Below are positions 1 to 9,012 of a DNA stretch of 17,773 bases, in pieces (position 1 is the stretch's first letter; each line of letters begins with the position of its first letter). Both the position numbers and the translations under genes were made by a program. The stretch is from contig JAHQWL010000084.1 of assembly GCA_029856155.1 (NCBI GenBank), positions 1 through 17,773 on the forward strand, written 5' to 3'. The DNA is from Promethearchaeia archaeon. GTDB lineage: Archaea; Asgardarchaeota; Lokiarchaeia; Sigyniarchaeales; SOKP01. The notes under the pieces are model-generated. The model was not told where the DNA came from, made no database searches, and saw only the letters and a list, made by a program, of their open reading frames with translations.

Positions 1-1
1 C

Positions 2-373
2 TCTAATATTAACCAAATAATTGGATTGTTAAGGACTCTTAAATTTAATGAGCATGCTGAAATGTTTTTTTCCCATATAGAACATAAAAGACTCTATCAA
101 ATAGATGTAATTATTATAGAAGTTATGGAAAAAATTAAGAAATACGATTCTGGAAAAGATTTTAAAAGCATTGAGCAAAACTGGAATTTTAAAGATACTA
201 AAGAGACCATAGAAGAGTTAGAGATGAAAGGGGATATAGATTCACTAAAAGTACATTTCTTAGATGATTTAACTTTCCCTTTAGTTTATTCTCTATTGTT
301 AGATAATCCAGTTCATGCAATTGGTATTTATTATTATAATCAGGAAGAAAAAAAACTCAAGAATTTAACGTAA
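2..373 (+). CDS. Hypothetical protein, 5'-truncated by the window edge
   Basis: The frame of ORF 26..373 is open back to position 2 (SNINQIIG-LLRTLKF...), so the true start is upstream of the window. No recognisable motif. Confidence 0.7.
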   Translation, partial: SNINQIIGLLRTLKFNEHAEMFFSHIEHKRLYQIDVIIIEVMEKIKKYDSGKDFKSIEQNWNFKDTKETIEELEMKGDIDSLKVHFLDDLTFPLVYSLLLDNPVHAIGIYYYNQEEKKLKNLT

Positions 374-553
374 ATATTGTTAATACAATTTAAAGAGGCT
401 AGATTTAGAAATCAAAATCCCTTAGTATATTCAATGCGAGTGAGATTTCTAAAAGCAAAGCGCTTTCCTTAATAGATAATGATATTATTATAATTAATTT
501 AAAAGAAAATATTAAAAAAATCCAGATTATTCTAAAATTATCGCCGTATAAGT

Positions 554-3500
554 TTAAGCCTCGGGTAATAAAATTACAAAAGAATCTCCTTCAACCCATA
601 TTTTTCCATTGTAATTATTTAGAATTCGTTCGACTAAAAGAAATCCTAAAATTATTTCTTTAATCTTACTATCCTTTTCTCTTTCTTTTCGGAATATCAT
701 TTCTTTTCCAATATTTAAAATCTCTTTTTGATAATCGATGAATTTTACTTTGACATAATTAATTTTATCCTGTTGGCTTCTGAAGATAACAATTTTAATC
801 TTAATTTTTGGGTTTCTATTGTATCTAATTGAACTGATAAGGATATTAACAAAAATATCGATTAGAAATTTATCAGCCTTTACGTATAAATCCTCAAATG
901 GATGTTCGACAGTTATTCTAATTTTTTTATTAGAATAACTATTTGTAATAAATTCTTTAACATCATCAATGACATTATTTAGATTGACTGGTTCAATTAA
1001 AACGTTTGTTTCATTAATCATAGTTAATTTTTGTATAATATAAATTAAAAGTTGACCATTTATGCATTGATCTTTAATATAATCCAGTATTTCTCTTTTA
1101 GGTTTTAATATTTTTTGATTATCTTGCTTGGTATATTCATCTAATAATGTTTGAACGTTCTTTATTATAGAATTTATATCATTTACGAATAGTTCTTTAT
1201 AAAAATACTCTCTATCCAATTCTTGGTGCATAGTTTCTTCACTTATACGTAAATTTTCTTTAGCTACCATGCGTAGCATCACATTTTTAAAAATCTCTGA
1301 AATAATGGTTAATAATTCTAAATTTTCTTCCATCCAATAATCCTTGTCTACTATATTATCAAAACAAACTATTCCTTCTAAAATTCCATTAATTTTTATT
1401 GAAAATGTTAAAAAATTTTTGACTTTTTGACTTGCTAGAAAATATTTTAAATTTACTGCTTCTTTAGGAAGGCTTTCTACGTTTTTAACATAAAAATAAT
1501 CAGACTCTTTTAATTTCTCAACTAACCATGGAAAATTATTAATGTCTATATTTTCAGGCAAATTAATTTGTGGTAGAATCAACTTGCGAGACCAGAAATA
1601 ATTTCCTGTTGTGAAATTAAAATTATTGATAACAATGTAAAGATATGCTCGTGTTGCGTTAATAAACTCACCAATATCTCTAAGTGAATCAATTATAGCT
1701 TGGTCAAATTTCTGTATACCTACAAACCTTGATATAATTTCAGCAATAATAGCTTTTAATCTAGAAATTTTCTTTAATTCTTGTTCTAACTTTTTCTGTT
1801 CTGTTATATTCTGACAAATAATTTGATAAAAGGTTTCATCACCGATATCAACTAAAGATGATTGCATATTTACCCAAATTAGATTGCCATTTTTTTGATA
1901 CAGTTGGATTTCTAATGGAGAGAAAATCTTACCTCTTTCTTGTCTTTTCAGTCTGCTAAGAACTTCTACTAGATAATCTTTATGTATTAATGAAAGATCT
2001 ACAAATTTCCTTCCCTTTAATTCTTCTCTTGTATACCCTAATGTTTCCTCTAAAACAGGGTTAAAATCAACTAAAGATCCATTAGGATCAATCAAAAGAA
2101 TACAAAGGGGTGAATCTTCGAAAAGATGACGGTATTTTATTTCAGAATGCTTTAATTTAATTTCTGCTTCTATTCTCTTACTAATATCCCGAATTATGTA
2201 TAGAACTAAGATTTGACCCCCCATCTGTACTTCATTGAAACTAATTTCAACTGGAATAAGATTACCAGAACTATCAATAACTTCTAATCTTAAGGGAAAT
2301 GGATAATTAAGTTGATCAAATATTTCTTCATTAAAATCTATATCAATTATATCACTTAATATTTGACTTGAATGCAATCCAATAAAATCCTCAAATGGTC
2401 GTTGAAATAAAACCTCAGCTTCTTTGTTAACATCCATAACTATTCCTGATTTTTTATCAATTATTAAAATGGCATCTCGAGCAGCTTTAAATAAAGCCTC
2501 ATAATGTAATTCAGCCATTTTAAGTGCTTCAATTGAAGGCCGATATAAATCAATTTGATTATTTATTGTATTATGAATAGTTCTAAGAGTCTCAATTACT
2601 TGATTTTTATTTAAATAATTCTTTTTTATCTCATCAAATTGTTGAAGTATGAAAGAACTAAATTGATTAATAATATTTTTAGGAATTTTTTCATTGTAAT
2701 AAATTATTAAAGATAACGGTAATACACCCCCTCTAATGCTCTCATTTGAAACATAGTCAAAATAAATCGCTGCATTTGAATTTAGATGGGGAAATGGAAG
2801 AATAACTGAGGTTGGTCTAAATTGATCTCCTCCAAAAATAAATTGTGATATTGAAAAACTTTTTACTGATATCAATTCCGGATTCTCAAAAGCATCTGTA
2901 GGATAAACTGCTTCAATTTTAAGACCTAGATTTTCATCCCAGTGACTAAAAATTATACCAATCTCTCTTCTTGGAGTATAATGCTCAACTCTTTCTGTAA
3001 TTTTAAGTGAAAGCCAATTAAACGCCTCATCAATATTTATGTTTTTAATCCCACTTGTTAAAAATGATTTCATTGGTCTCTTTCCGAGTTTTTTCACTCC
3101 CATGGCCTCATCTAAATCATTTATATCAGGTTGTTTTATATCAATTTTGTTATAAAGGATAAGAAGTGGCAATTCACTTAATTCTGGTTTCCCCGCAATT
3201 TCATGCAATAATTCACGTGCATATGAGAATTTTATTGTATCGGTAACATCTAAAACAAAAATCAATCCATCTTGGTTTTTTAGATAGGGTTTCCATAATT
3301 CTTTAACTTTGTATTTTCCAGGAATATCATAAGTTAACAACGATAAATTGTTAACTAAAATTCTTGAAATATCTACACTTATAGTTGGAAATGTTGTTTT
3401 TGATACTGATTTTCTTCTCGTTCTAATTATAGTCGTTTTCCCTGCCAATGAAAGCCCAAAAATTAATATTTTTGCCTCTTTTTGCTCAAATATAACTTTT

Positions 3501-3946
3501 TCCTCTGGAAAAGATGTATGAAAAGTATTTAGTAATGTTCTAATTTCCTCTAATTTTGTAGGATCTCCTTTATATATTCTAGAGCCCACATAAAATGCCT
3601 TGAATACATTTTCGATTTTTTTGAACTCTTCAACTAGTCCCTTTAAAAACTCTTCTGCTAATGCAGAATTAATTTTAGATTTACCATCAATAACTAATGA
3701 AATTAAAAGGTGCTCCTTTTGAGTTTTTGAGTAGTCGCTCGGGATATCAAAGATTAGGTTAGCAGTTTTAAAAGTTCCAAACGTATGTTTAAAAAAACCG
3801 TTTTCATAGAGATCTATCAATAAAGGAACCTGTTTAATATCATCTCTTTGAATCGTCTCAGGCATTTTTAAAAAAATATATGGAGGAAAATACGGATTCC
3901 GATGACTTAAAACTAACATTCTCAAATCTACATAACCACTTTTCAC
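554..3946 (-). CDS. Multidomain signalling protein: uDENN/longin-like, Arf-like small GTPase, uDENN/longin-like, PAS, PAS, GAF, degenerate HisKA/HATPase_c (pseudo-histidine kinase)
   Basis: G1 GLSLAGKT (aa164-171), G2 PTI, G3 DIPGK, G4 NKID, and Arf-type LWKPY/DGLIFVLD. IGIIFSHWDENLGLKIEAVYP resembles uDENN starts. Two PAS domains (YEALF..DAILIID...RDIS; YRHLFE.SP..I...NIT), a GAF domain (aa ~735-890) and a C-terminal kinase-like fold ending GKIWVE..SFVILLP. The start may be the ATG at 3919 rather than the GTG at 3946. Confidence 0.9.
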   Translation of the reverse strand: MKSGYVDLRMLVLSHRNPYFPPYIFLKMPETIQRDDIKQVPLLIDLYENGFFKHTFGTFKTANLIFDIPSDYSKTQKEHLLISLVIDGKSKINSALAEEFLKGLVEEFKKIENVFKAFYVGSRIYKGDPTKLEEIRTLLNTFHTSFPEEKVIFEQKEAKILIFGLSLAGKTTIIRTRRKSVSKTTFPTISVDISRILVNNLSLLTYDIPGKYKVKELWKPYLKNQDGLIFVLDVTDTIKFSYARELLHEIAGKPELSELPLLILYNKIDIKQPDINDLDEAMGVKKLGKRPMKSFLTSGIKNINIDEAFNWLSLKITERVEHYTPRREIGIIFSHWDENLGLKIEAVYPTDAFENPELISVKSFSISQFIFGGDQFRPTSVILPFPHLNSNAAIYFDYVSNESIRGGVLPLSLIIYYNEKIPKNIINQFSSFILQQFDEIKKNYLNKNQVIETLRTIHNTINNQIDLYRPSIEALKMAELHYEALFKAARDAILIIDKKSGIVMDVNKEAEVLFQRPFEDFIGLHSSQILSDIIDIDFNEEIFDQLNYPFPLRLEVIDSSGNLIPVEISFNEVQMGGQILVLYIIRDISKRIEAEIKLKHSEIKYRHLFEDSPLCILLIDPNGSLVDFNPVLEETLGYTREELKGRKFVDLSLIHKDYLVEVLSRLKRQERGKIFSPLEIQLYQKNGNLIWVNMQSSLVDIGDETFYQIICQNITEQKKLEQELKKISRLKAIIAEIISRFVGIQKFDQAIIDSLRDIGEFINATRAYLYIVINNFNFTTGNYFWSRKLILPQINLPENIDINNFPWLVEKLKESDYFYVKNVESLPKEAVNLKYFLASQKVKNFLTFSIKINGILEGIVCFDNIVDKDYWMEENLELLTIISEIFKNVMLRMVAKENLRISEETMHQELDREYFYKELFVNDINSIIKNVQTLLDEYTKQDNQKILKPKREILDYIKDQCINGQLLIYIIQKLTMINETNVLIEPVNLNNVIDDVKEFITNSYSNKKIRITVEHPFEDLYVKADKFLIDIFVNILISSIRYNRNPKIKIKIVIFRSQQDKINYVKVKFIDYQKEILNIGKEMIFRKEREKDSKIKEIILGFLLVERILNNYNGKIWVEGDSFVILLPEA

Positions 3947-4133
3947 TATTAATAAATTAAGCCCTATTACTGCATAACTGAATTATATTGTAAAAAAATA
4001 TATGGTTATAATATCTATTCGAGCGTAAACATTACTGCTGCTAATTTTAAAGCATAGAACTTAACTATAGAAATAATAGAAATTCGAGTAAAAAAATGTT
4101 TCAAATTTATTCACTTAATTCAAAAAGATCCGT

Positions 4134-4162
4134 ATTTTTTAATTGTGGTTAATTGGAATTAT
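4134..4162 (+). repeat. Dispersed 29-bp element, copy 1 (dif-like 11-6-11 site)
   Basis: ATTTTTTAA-TTGTGG-TTAATTGGAATTAT; identical to 12712-12740. Confidence 0.85.
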
Positions 4163-4254
4163 AAGCCTAAGGATATGTTCCAATATATTATCAAAGAAAA
4201 ATTTAAGCGTACATTACCTCCAACTCAGCAAAATTATGATTTTAAATTAAGAAT

Positions 4255-4368
4255 TTATTTCAAACCCTCCTTATTTATTGCATTCCCGCCAAGGATCTGA
4301 TTTCCGCACGCTGCACCATCAGTATATATTTTAAGTATTTCTCCTTTTTTAATCGGTATTCTACTCAT
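4255..4368 (-). pseudogene. rnhA: RNase HI N-terminal remnant (37 codons)
   Basis: Manual translation MSRIPIKKGEILKIYTDGAACGNQILGG...; LKIYTDGAxxGN matches the RNase HI first motif (IYTDGAxRGNPGP). Homology is lost after GN, apparently by a 1-nt deletion and truncation. Not in the ORF track. Confidence 0.7.
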
Positions 4369-4404
4369 GATTAATTTAGAACCATCATATATAACTTCCA
4401 TTTT

Positions 4405-5073
4405 TTAAGTTGTATGATATCGTAGAATCCAATTTAGGTTGTTTTTAATATTAATAACTCCTTTAGAAGATTTGACAATATCTAATATTGCATCATATTC
4501 ATTCATGGAAGATATCGTACCAGATAAAGTAACAATTCCACTCTTAATTTGTACATCCACCTTATCTGCATCAATTCGAACAGAATTCTGCATTGAGGTA
4601 ATTATATTTTTCGTAATCTCTTCATCAGAGATCTTCTCTTCAGGAATAATTGAGATCATATTTGATATAGAAAGAACTCCTGATATTTGAGAAGCCATTT
4701 TTAGGATCTTTTCCCTTTTCCAAAAGGAATTCACAATTCCCTCTAAGAGAACAATACCATTATCTACAGATACATAAACAATATTGGAATCAATTTCTGA
4801 ATTAGAATCTAATAAACAAAACATAGCTTCCTTTATATCTTGATCTGATGGTATTTCATAAGACCCCAGAAATTTAACTTCAATTTCATTAATTATTGAT
4901 TTTATTCCAGGAACCATCTGTGTTTCAATTTCAGCTAATATTTTTTCTGGATAAGTAGAAACACATCCTTTCAAAGTCACGATGCCGTCTTTAATAGAGA
5001 TTTCTATCTGTGATTCGTCTATTCTATTATCCCAAGTTAATCTATCCCTTATCATCTTCTCATAATCTTTCAT
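4405..5073 (-). CDS. Triple BON-domain (OsmY-like) protein
   Basis: Three repeats of I.V.V..G.V.L.G.V.S......A....GV..I.N.I. SD-like AAGGAG 8 nt upstream. No N-terminal signal peptide or TM segment. Confidence 0.88.
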   Translation of the reverse strand: MKDYEKMIRDRLTWDNRIDESQIEISIKDGIVTLKGCVSTYPEKILAEIETQMVPGIKSIINEIEVKFLGSYEIPSDQDIKEAMFCLLDSNSEIDSNIVYVSVDNGIVLLEGIVNSFWKREKILKMASQISGVLSISNMISIIPEEKISDEEITKNIITSMQNSVRIDADKVDVQIKSGIVTLSGTISSMNEYDAILDIVKSSKGVINIKNNLNWILRYHTT

Positions 5074-5110
5074 AATTTTTACTCCTTCAATAATTTGTAT
5101 TAATTAGCTT

Positions 5111-6073
5111 TTAAAAGTTCACTTTTTTAATAATATCCTTAAGTTTATTAGCAGAATACTTGAAGTTTTCAATTTCTTCATCGTTTAGGACGATCTTAAG
5201 AGTTTCTTGTACACCATTCTTATTAATAATACTTGGTAAACTTGTATAGACATCATTTACACCATAAAAATCTTCAACTAGAGTTGAGATTGGAAAAATA
5301 GTATTCTCATCATTTACAATAGCTTGAGAAATTCGTGCTAATGCTAAACCAATACCAAATGAAGTTTCTCCTTTTCTATCTATAATTTTATATGCTGAAT
5401 CTCTTACTTCTTCGAAAATCATTTGAAAATTTTTATCAGAATCATTAAAATTAACATATTCACTCATTTTGCTATAATTTTTAATATGAATTCCACCAAT
5501 CATAGCACTACTCCACAAAGCAAATTCACTATCACCATGTTCTCCTAAAATGTAAGCATGTACATTTCTGGCACTTATATTACAATATTTTGCTAATAAA
5601 TATCTAAACCTAGCAGTATCCAATGTTGTACCTGCCCCTATAACTTCGTTTTTAGGTTTTCCAGATATTTTATAGGTAACGTAGGATAATATATCCACTG
5701 GATTTGAAACGATTAAGTAAATAGCATGTGGAGCATAATTGTGTATTTTAGGGATAATCTGTTTGAATAATGCTACATTTTTATTTACTAATTCTAGCCT
5801 TGTTTCCCCAGGCTCTTGGTTTTTGCCTGCAGTAATCACTACAATATCAGAATCTACAATATCTTCAAATTTTCCAGGAAGTATATCCACGGGGTTAGTA
5901 TACGGTGCAGTATGAGAGAGATCCATAACTTCTCCCTCTAACCTCTTGCGATTTATATCCACCATTACAATTTCTCTAGCAATTCCTTTTATAATCAGAG
6001 CATAAGCGTATCGGGTTCCAACATTTCCGCAACCAATTATGGAAATTTTAGGATGTAAACTTTCTTTTTTCAA
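5111..6073 (-). CDS. ldh: NAD-dependent L-lactate dehydrogenase
   Basis: GCGNVG Rossmann motif; substrate loop AGKNQEPGETRLEL with the LDH-type Gln (Arg in MDH); SNPVD, GTTLDTARFR and catalytic GEHGDS. TTG start preceded by AGGTGA SD. Confidence 0.92.
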   Translation of the reverse strand: MKKESLHPKISIIGCGNVGTRYAYALIIKGIAREIVMVDINRKRLEGEVMDLSHTAPYTNPVDILPGKFEDIVDSDIVVITAGKNQEPGETRLELVNKNVALFKQIIPKIHNYAPHAIYLIVSNPVDILSYVTYKISGKPKNEVIGAGTTLDTARFRYLLAKYCNISARNVHAYILGEHGDSEFALWSSAMIGGIHIKNYSKMSEYVNFNDSDKNFQMIFEEVRDSAYKIIDRKGETSFGIGLALARISQAIVNDENTIFPISTLVEDFYGVNDVYTSLPSIINKNGVQETLKIVLNDEEIENFKYSANKLKDIIKKVNF

Positions 6074-6309
6074 GATAAAAACATCACCTATTAATTAATT
6101 TTAAATAAAGTATATAATTGTTAGGTCTAAAAAAAATAGAAATCTAATTAAAGAGGTAAAAAAGATATTAAATTTTAAATATCAGAATTCTTAACTGAAG
6201 ATTCTCTAACTTATCATGACTAATAATTTTCATTATTAATTTTAGAGGGTATTTCTTTAACTTGTTTAGCTTCATTATCCGAGATATTGATTATTTGTTC
6301 CTATTTTTT

Positions 6310-6672
6310 TTAAGCGTGGTTATCTATAACAACTTTAAGATCTTTTAACCTGCTTCTTATGGTAACTTCAGTTACTTTAGCAGCTTGAGCTATTTCAACC
6401 TGAGTTTTTTTAAATTTAGTATTTTTAGTAACTAGATATAACATTGCAGTAGCTAATCCTTTAGGATCTTTTCCAATTAGAGGAAGCCCCTTTTTAACAG
6501 TAACTTTAAGTAGACTTAAAGCTTTAATTTTAATATCTTCTGGCAATCCCAAACGATTACCAAACAGAAATATAAGTTTCTCGGCTGAAATTGGATGGTA
6601 ATCTAAACCTAATTCTGGAAGGATTTCCCTCACAATCATACCTAAAGATCGGAATAATATACGATTGGACAG
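6310..6672 (-). pseudogene. tfb: 5'-truncated TFB paralogue (C-terminal cyclin repeat only; ATG ORF 6310..6639)
   Basis: About 86% aa identical (88/102 by manual count) to the C-terminus of the TFB ending at 9560. Homology continues upstream of the ATG (LSNRILFRSLG) and ends at an in-frame TAA at 6675-6673. Confidence 0.8.
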
Positions 6673-6804
6673 TTATAGCCGAATCTTGGTATATTGGATT
6701 AGGTATAAATTTGCTAAAGATTATTTATCTTGCTCTCTTAAAATAATGTATTATTTTTAACATTTTTATCAATTATATGGAAAATCAAGAAGGCGAAATA
6801 AAAA

Positions 6805-7836
6805 ATGTTTTATAAAGATAAATGTACTCTTTGCGGAGAGTGTTTAATGAAGTGTCCTTATTTAGCATATCCTGAGGAAAAGGCTAAAAAGGAGTTTAAA
6901 AAATTGATAGATGGTGAGCCAACTCCCGTTACGGCGGATTGCATTACATGTGCTGCTTGTAATATGTTCTGTCCTGAGGATGCTAATCCCTTCGATTTAA
7001 TTAACGATAGACAGGAGGAGACTGGAACTTTTAAAATGACTGAAGAAGCCCTAACTTTTTTTAAAATGAGTAATCGAATGAAATCTGAAATTATAGAGGG
7101 TGAGCCTGGAAAACCTGTCATGAATCTCTGCGTCATGGGAGATTTACATCCAGGAATTATTGAAGGACAGCTCTTTGAGGGATTAACCTTTTTAAAAGGA
7201 GGAGATTACTTCTGTTATTTTGGTTGGATACACGCGGGAACACCTAGCATAGTTAAGGATAATGCCCAAGCCTTCGTAGATAATCTCACTAAGACTGGTG
7301 CAAAGGAAATTATATGTTATCATGATGATTGCTACGCTATGTTAGTCAACAAAGTTAAAGAATACGGTATAACATTACCATTCAAACCGATTCATATAAT
7401 AGAATATCTTCGAGATTATGTTAAGGAACACCAAAATCAGATAAAAAAACTAAATATGAAAATAGCTTATCAGCAACCTTGTGCTTCAAGATATACTTTC
7501 GAAAAAGATACAATTCTTGACGAACTCTTCGAATTAATAGGGACGGAAAGAGTAAGTAGAAAATATGACCGAGTAGATGCTCTCTGCTGTGGCAACGCCC
7601 AAGCAGGTATGGTTAATGTATCTAAAGAAGTAGAAGTAGAATGGAGGATGAAAAATATTATGGATGCGAAGGATGCTGGAGCTGAAGCAATGGTGTTTTT
7701 GTGCCCTGTGTGTATTTTAGGTCTTAGAAGCAGAGCAAAAGCCCAAGGATTAGAACCCTACATCATTAGCAATCTTGTACGCCTAGCATTAGGAGAAGAA
7801 CTAACTCACGGAGGAGCAGGAAAAGTTTTTGAATAA
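6805..7836 (+). CDS. Fe-S oxidoreductase, 4Fe-4S dicluster plus CCG domains (HdrD/GlcF-like)
   Basis: CTLCGECLMKCP and CITCAACNMFCP ferredoxin motifs; C-terminal YQQPC...LCCG...CPVC CCG domain; degenerate first CCG domain (YFC...CYHDDC). Confidence 0.85.
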   Translation: MFYKDKCTLCGECLMKCPYLAYPEEKAKKEFKKLIDGEPTPVTADCITCAACNMFCPEDANPFDLINDRQEETGTFKMTEEALTFFKMSNRMKSEIIEGEPGKPVMNLCVMGDLHPGIIEGQLFEGLTFLKGGDYFCYFGWIHAGTPSIVKDNAQAFVDNLTKTGAKEIICYHDDCYAMLVNKVKEYGITLPFKPIHIIEYLRDYVKEHQNQIKKLNMKIAYQQPCASRYTFEKDTILDELFELIGTERVSRKYDRVDALCCGNAQAGMVNVSKEVEVEWRMKNIMDAKDAGAEAMVFLCPVCILGLRSRAKAQGLEPYIISNLVRLALGEELTHGGAGKVFE

Positions 7837-7966
7837 TTTACGCTAAAACTTTAAATTTTTTTTATAATAAAAGTTTATTTACCTATAGAACCTAAACGTG
7901 TTTATTTATTGAAAATTAAAACTTTAATATTTTTTCAAACTTAATTTCATTTAGGACATTCATTAC

Positions 7967-8788
7967 TTATAATTCTGTAAACTCTTTCTTAATAAGTTCT
8001 TCTGTTTTCTTCCAGAGAATTTTTTGAATGTCTTTATTATAGGTGATAGTTTTTGAGGGCTGAGAGCGATTATTTACAAAATATTTTCCACTTATATTTT
8101 CTATTTCTGGTGCTATAGCAGCAAAGATTAAAGTCTTAGCGCCATCTATTAGCAACGCTCCGTGTGATCCAAAAGCAGATCTCAATAATTTTGTATTTAT
8201 TACTCCTGGATGAAGACAATTTACACTAATATTGGTATTCTTCAATTTATCTGCAAGAAGATATGTAAATAATATAAGAGCCGTTTTTGATTTTGCATAA
8301 GCTTTTACACCAGTATATCCATTCTCCATTTGTAAATCATCCAAATCAAAACGATTAGAATGAACTCTTGAGGCTACATTAACTATCCTAGCTGATTTCC
8401 CTTTTTTCAACAAATCTAATAAAAGATTCGTAAGAAGAAACGGTGTCACATAATTTACTGCGAAAGTTTCCTCTAAACCTTCTTGTGTTATAATTCGCTC
8501 TGATCTATATACTCCCGCATTATTAATTAACACATCTAATCTATCAAAACGATCATATACATCATTGACTATTTCTTTAATTTCAGTGAAAGATCTTAAA
8601 TCAGCATAAACAGTACTCAATTTACTGTTATTGATTTCTTTCTTTATATTTTTTAATGTTAATTCAGCTTTTTTCCGATTTCTTCCATGAACAATTACAT
8701 GATATCCTGATTTAGCAAGCTCAATCGCAGTCTGGTATCCGATGCCATCTGTGGACCCAGTAATTAAAATTATTTTTTCTTCTAAAAT
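7967..8788 (-). CDS. Short-chain dehydrogenase/reductase (retinol-DH/WWOX-like SDR)
   Basis: NNAG, VASRVH and YAKSK motifs. The frame extends 5' of the tracked TTG (8620) to a TGA at 8797-8795 and encodes ILEEKIILITGSTDGIG (TGxxxGIG). Start placed at a candidate ATT; the exact start is uncertain. Confidence 0.88.
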   Translation of the reverse strand: MLEEKIILITGSTDGIGYQTAIELAKSGYHVIVHGRNRKKAELTLKNIKKEINNSKLSTVYADLRSFTEIKEIVNDVYDRFDRLDVLINNAGVYRSERIITQEGLEETFAVNYVTPFLLTNLLLDLLKKGKSARIVNVASRVHSNRFDLDDLQMENGYTGVKAYAKSKTALILFTYLLADKLKNTNISVNCLHPGVINTKLLRSAFGSHGALLIDGAKTLIFAAIAPEIENISGKYFVNNRSQPSKTITYNKDIQKILWKKTEELIKKEFTEL

Positions 8789-9012
8789 AATTAATCATCT
8801 TGTTATTCTATATTCAAAAGATAAAAAATCAAGTTTTAGAACCTTTCTATAATATTTTATTGAATTTCATTACCTCAATATTATAAAATAAAAATTGATC
8901 ATGAGAAAGAGTTTCAATTCTAAAGGATATTTGCCAACTATATCTAGAAAATTTAAGAAATACGTTTAATAAGAGAGATTTTTTTATTTTACCAAAAAAT
9001 AGATGATTAAAA

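Noticed and set aside
373-400. Further TAA-N6-TTA matches (here, near 3950-3977 and near 10731-10758)
   Set aside because: They lack a good match to the conserved TTAATTGG(A/G)AT arm or the GG spacer edge; expected by chance in AT-rich DNA.
4439-4690. Plus-strand 83-aa ORF
   Set aside because: Antisense shadow of the BON gene; no motifs.
5111-6073. Malate dehydrogenase call
   Set aside because: The specificity loop has Gln (KNQEPGETR), not the MDH Arg.
6858-7136. Minus-strand 92-aa ORF
   Set aside because: Antisense shadow of the Fe-S oxidoreductase.
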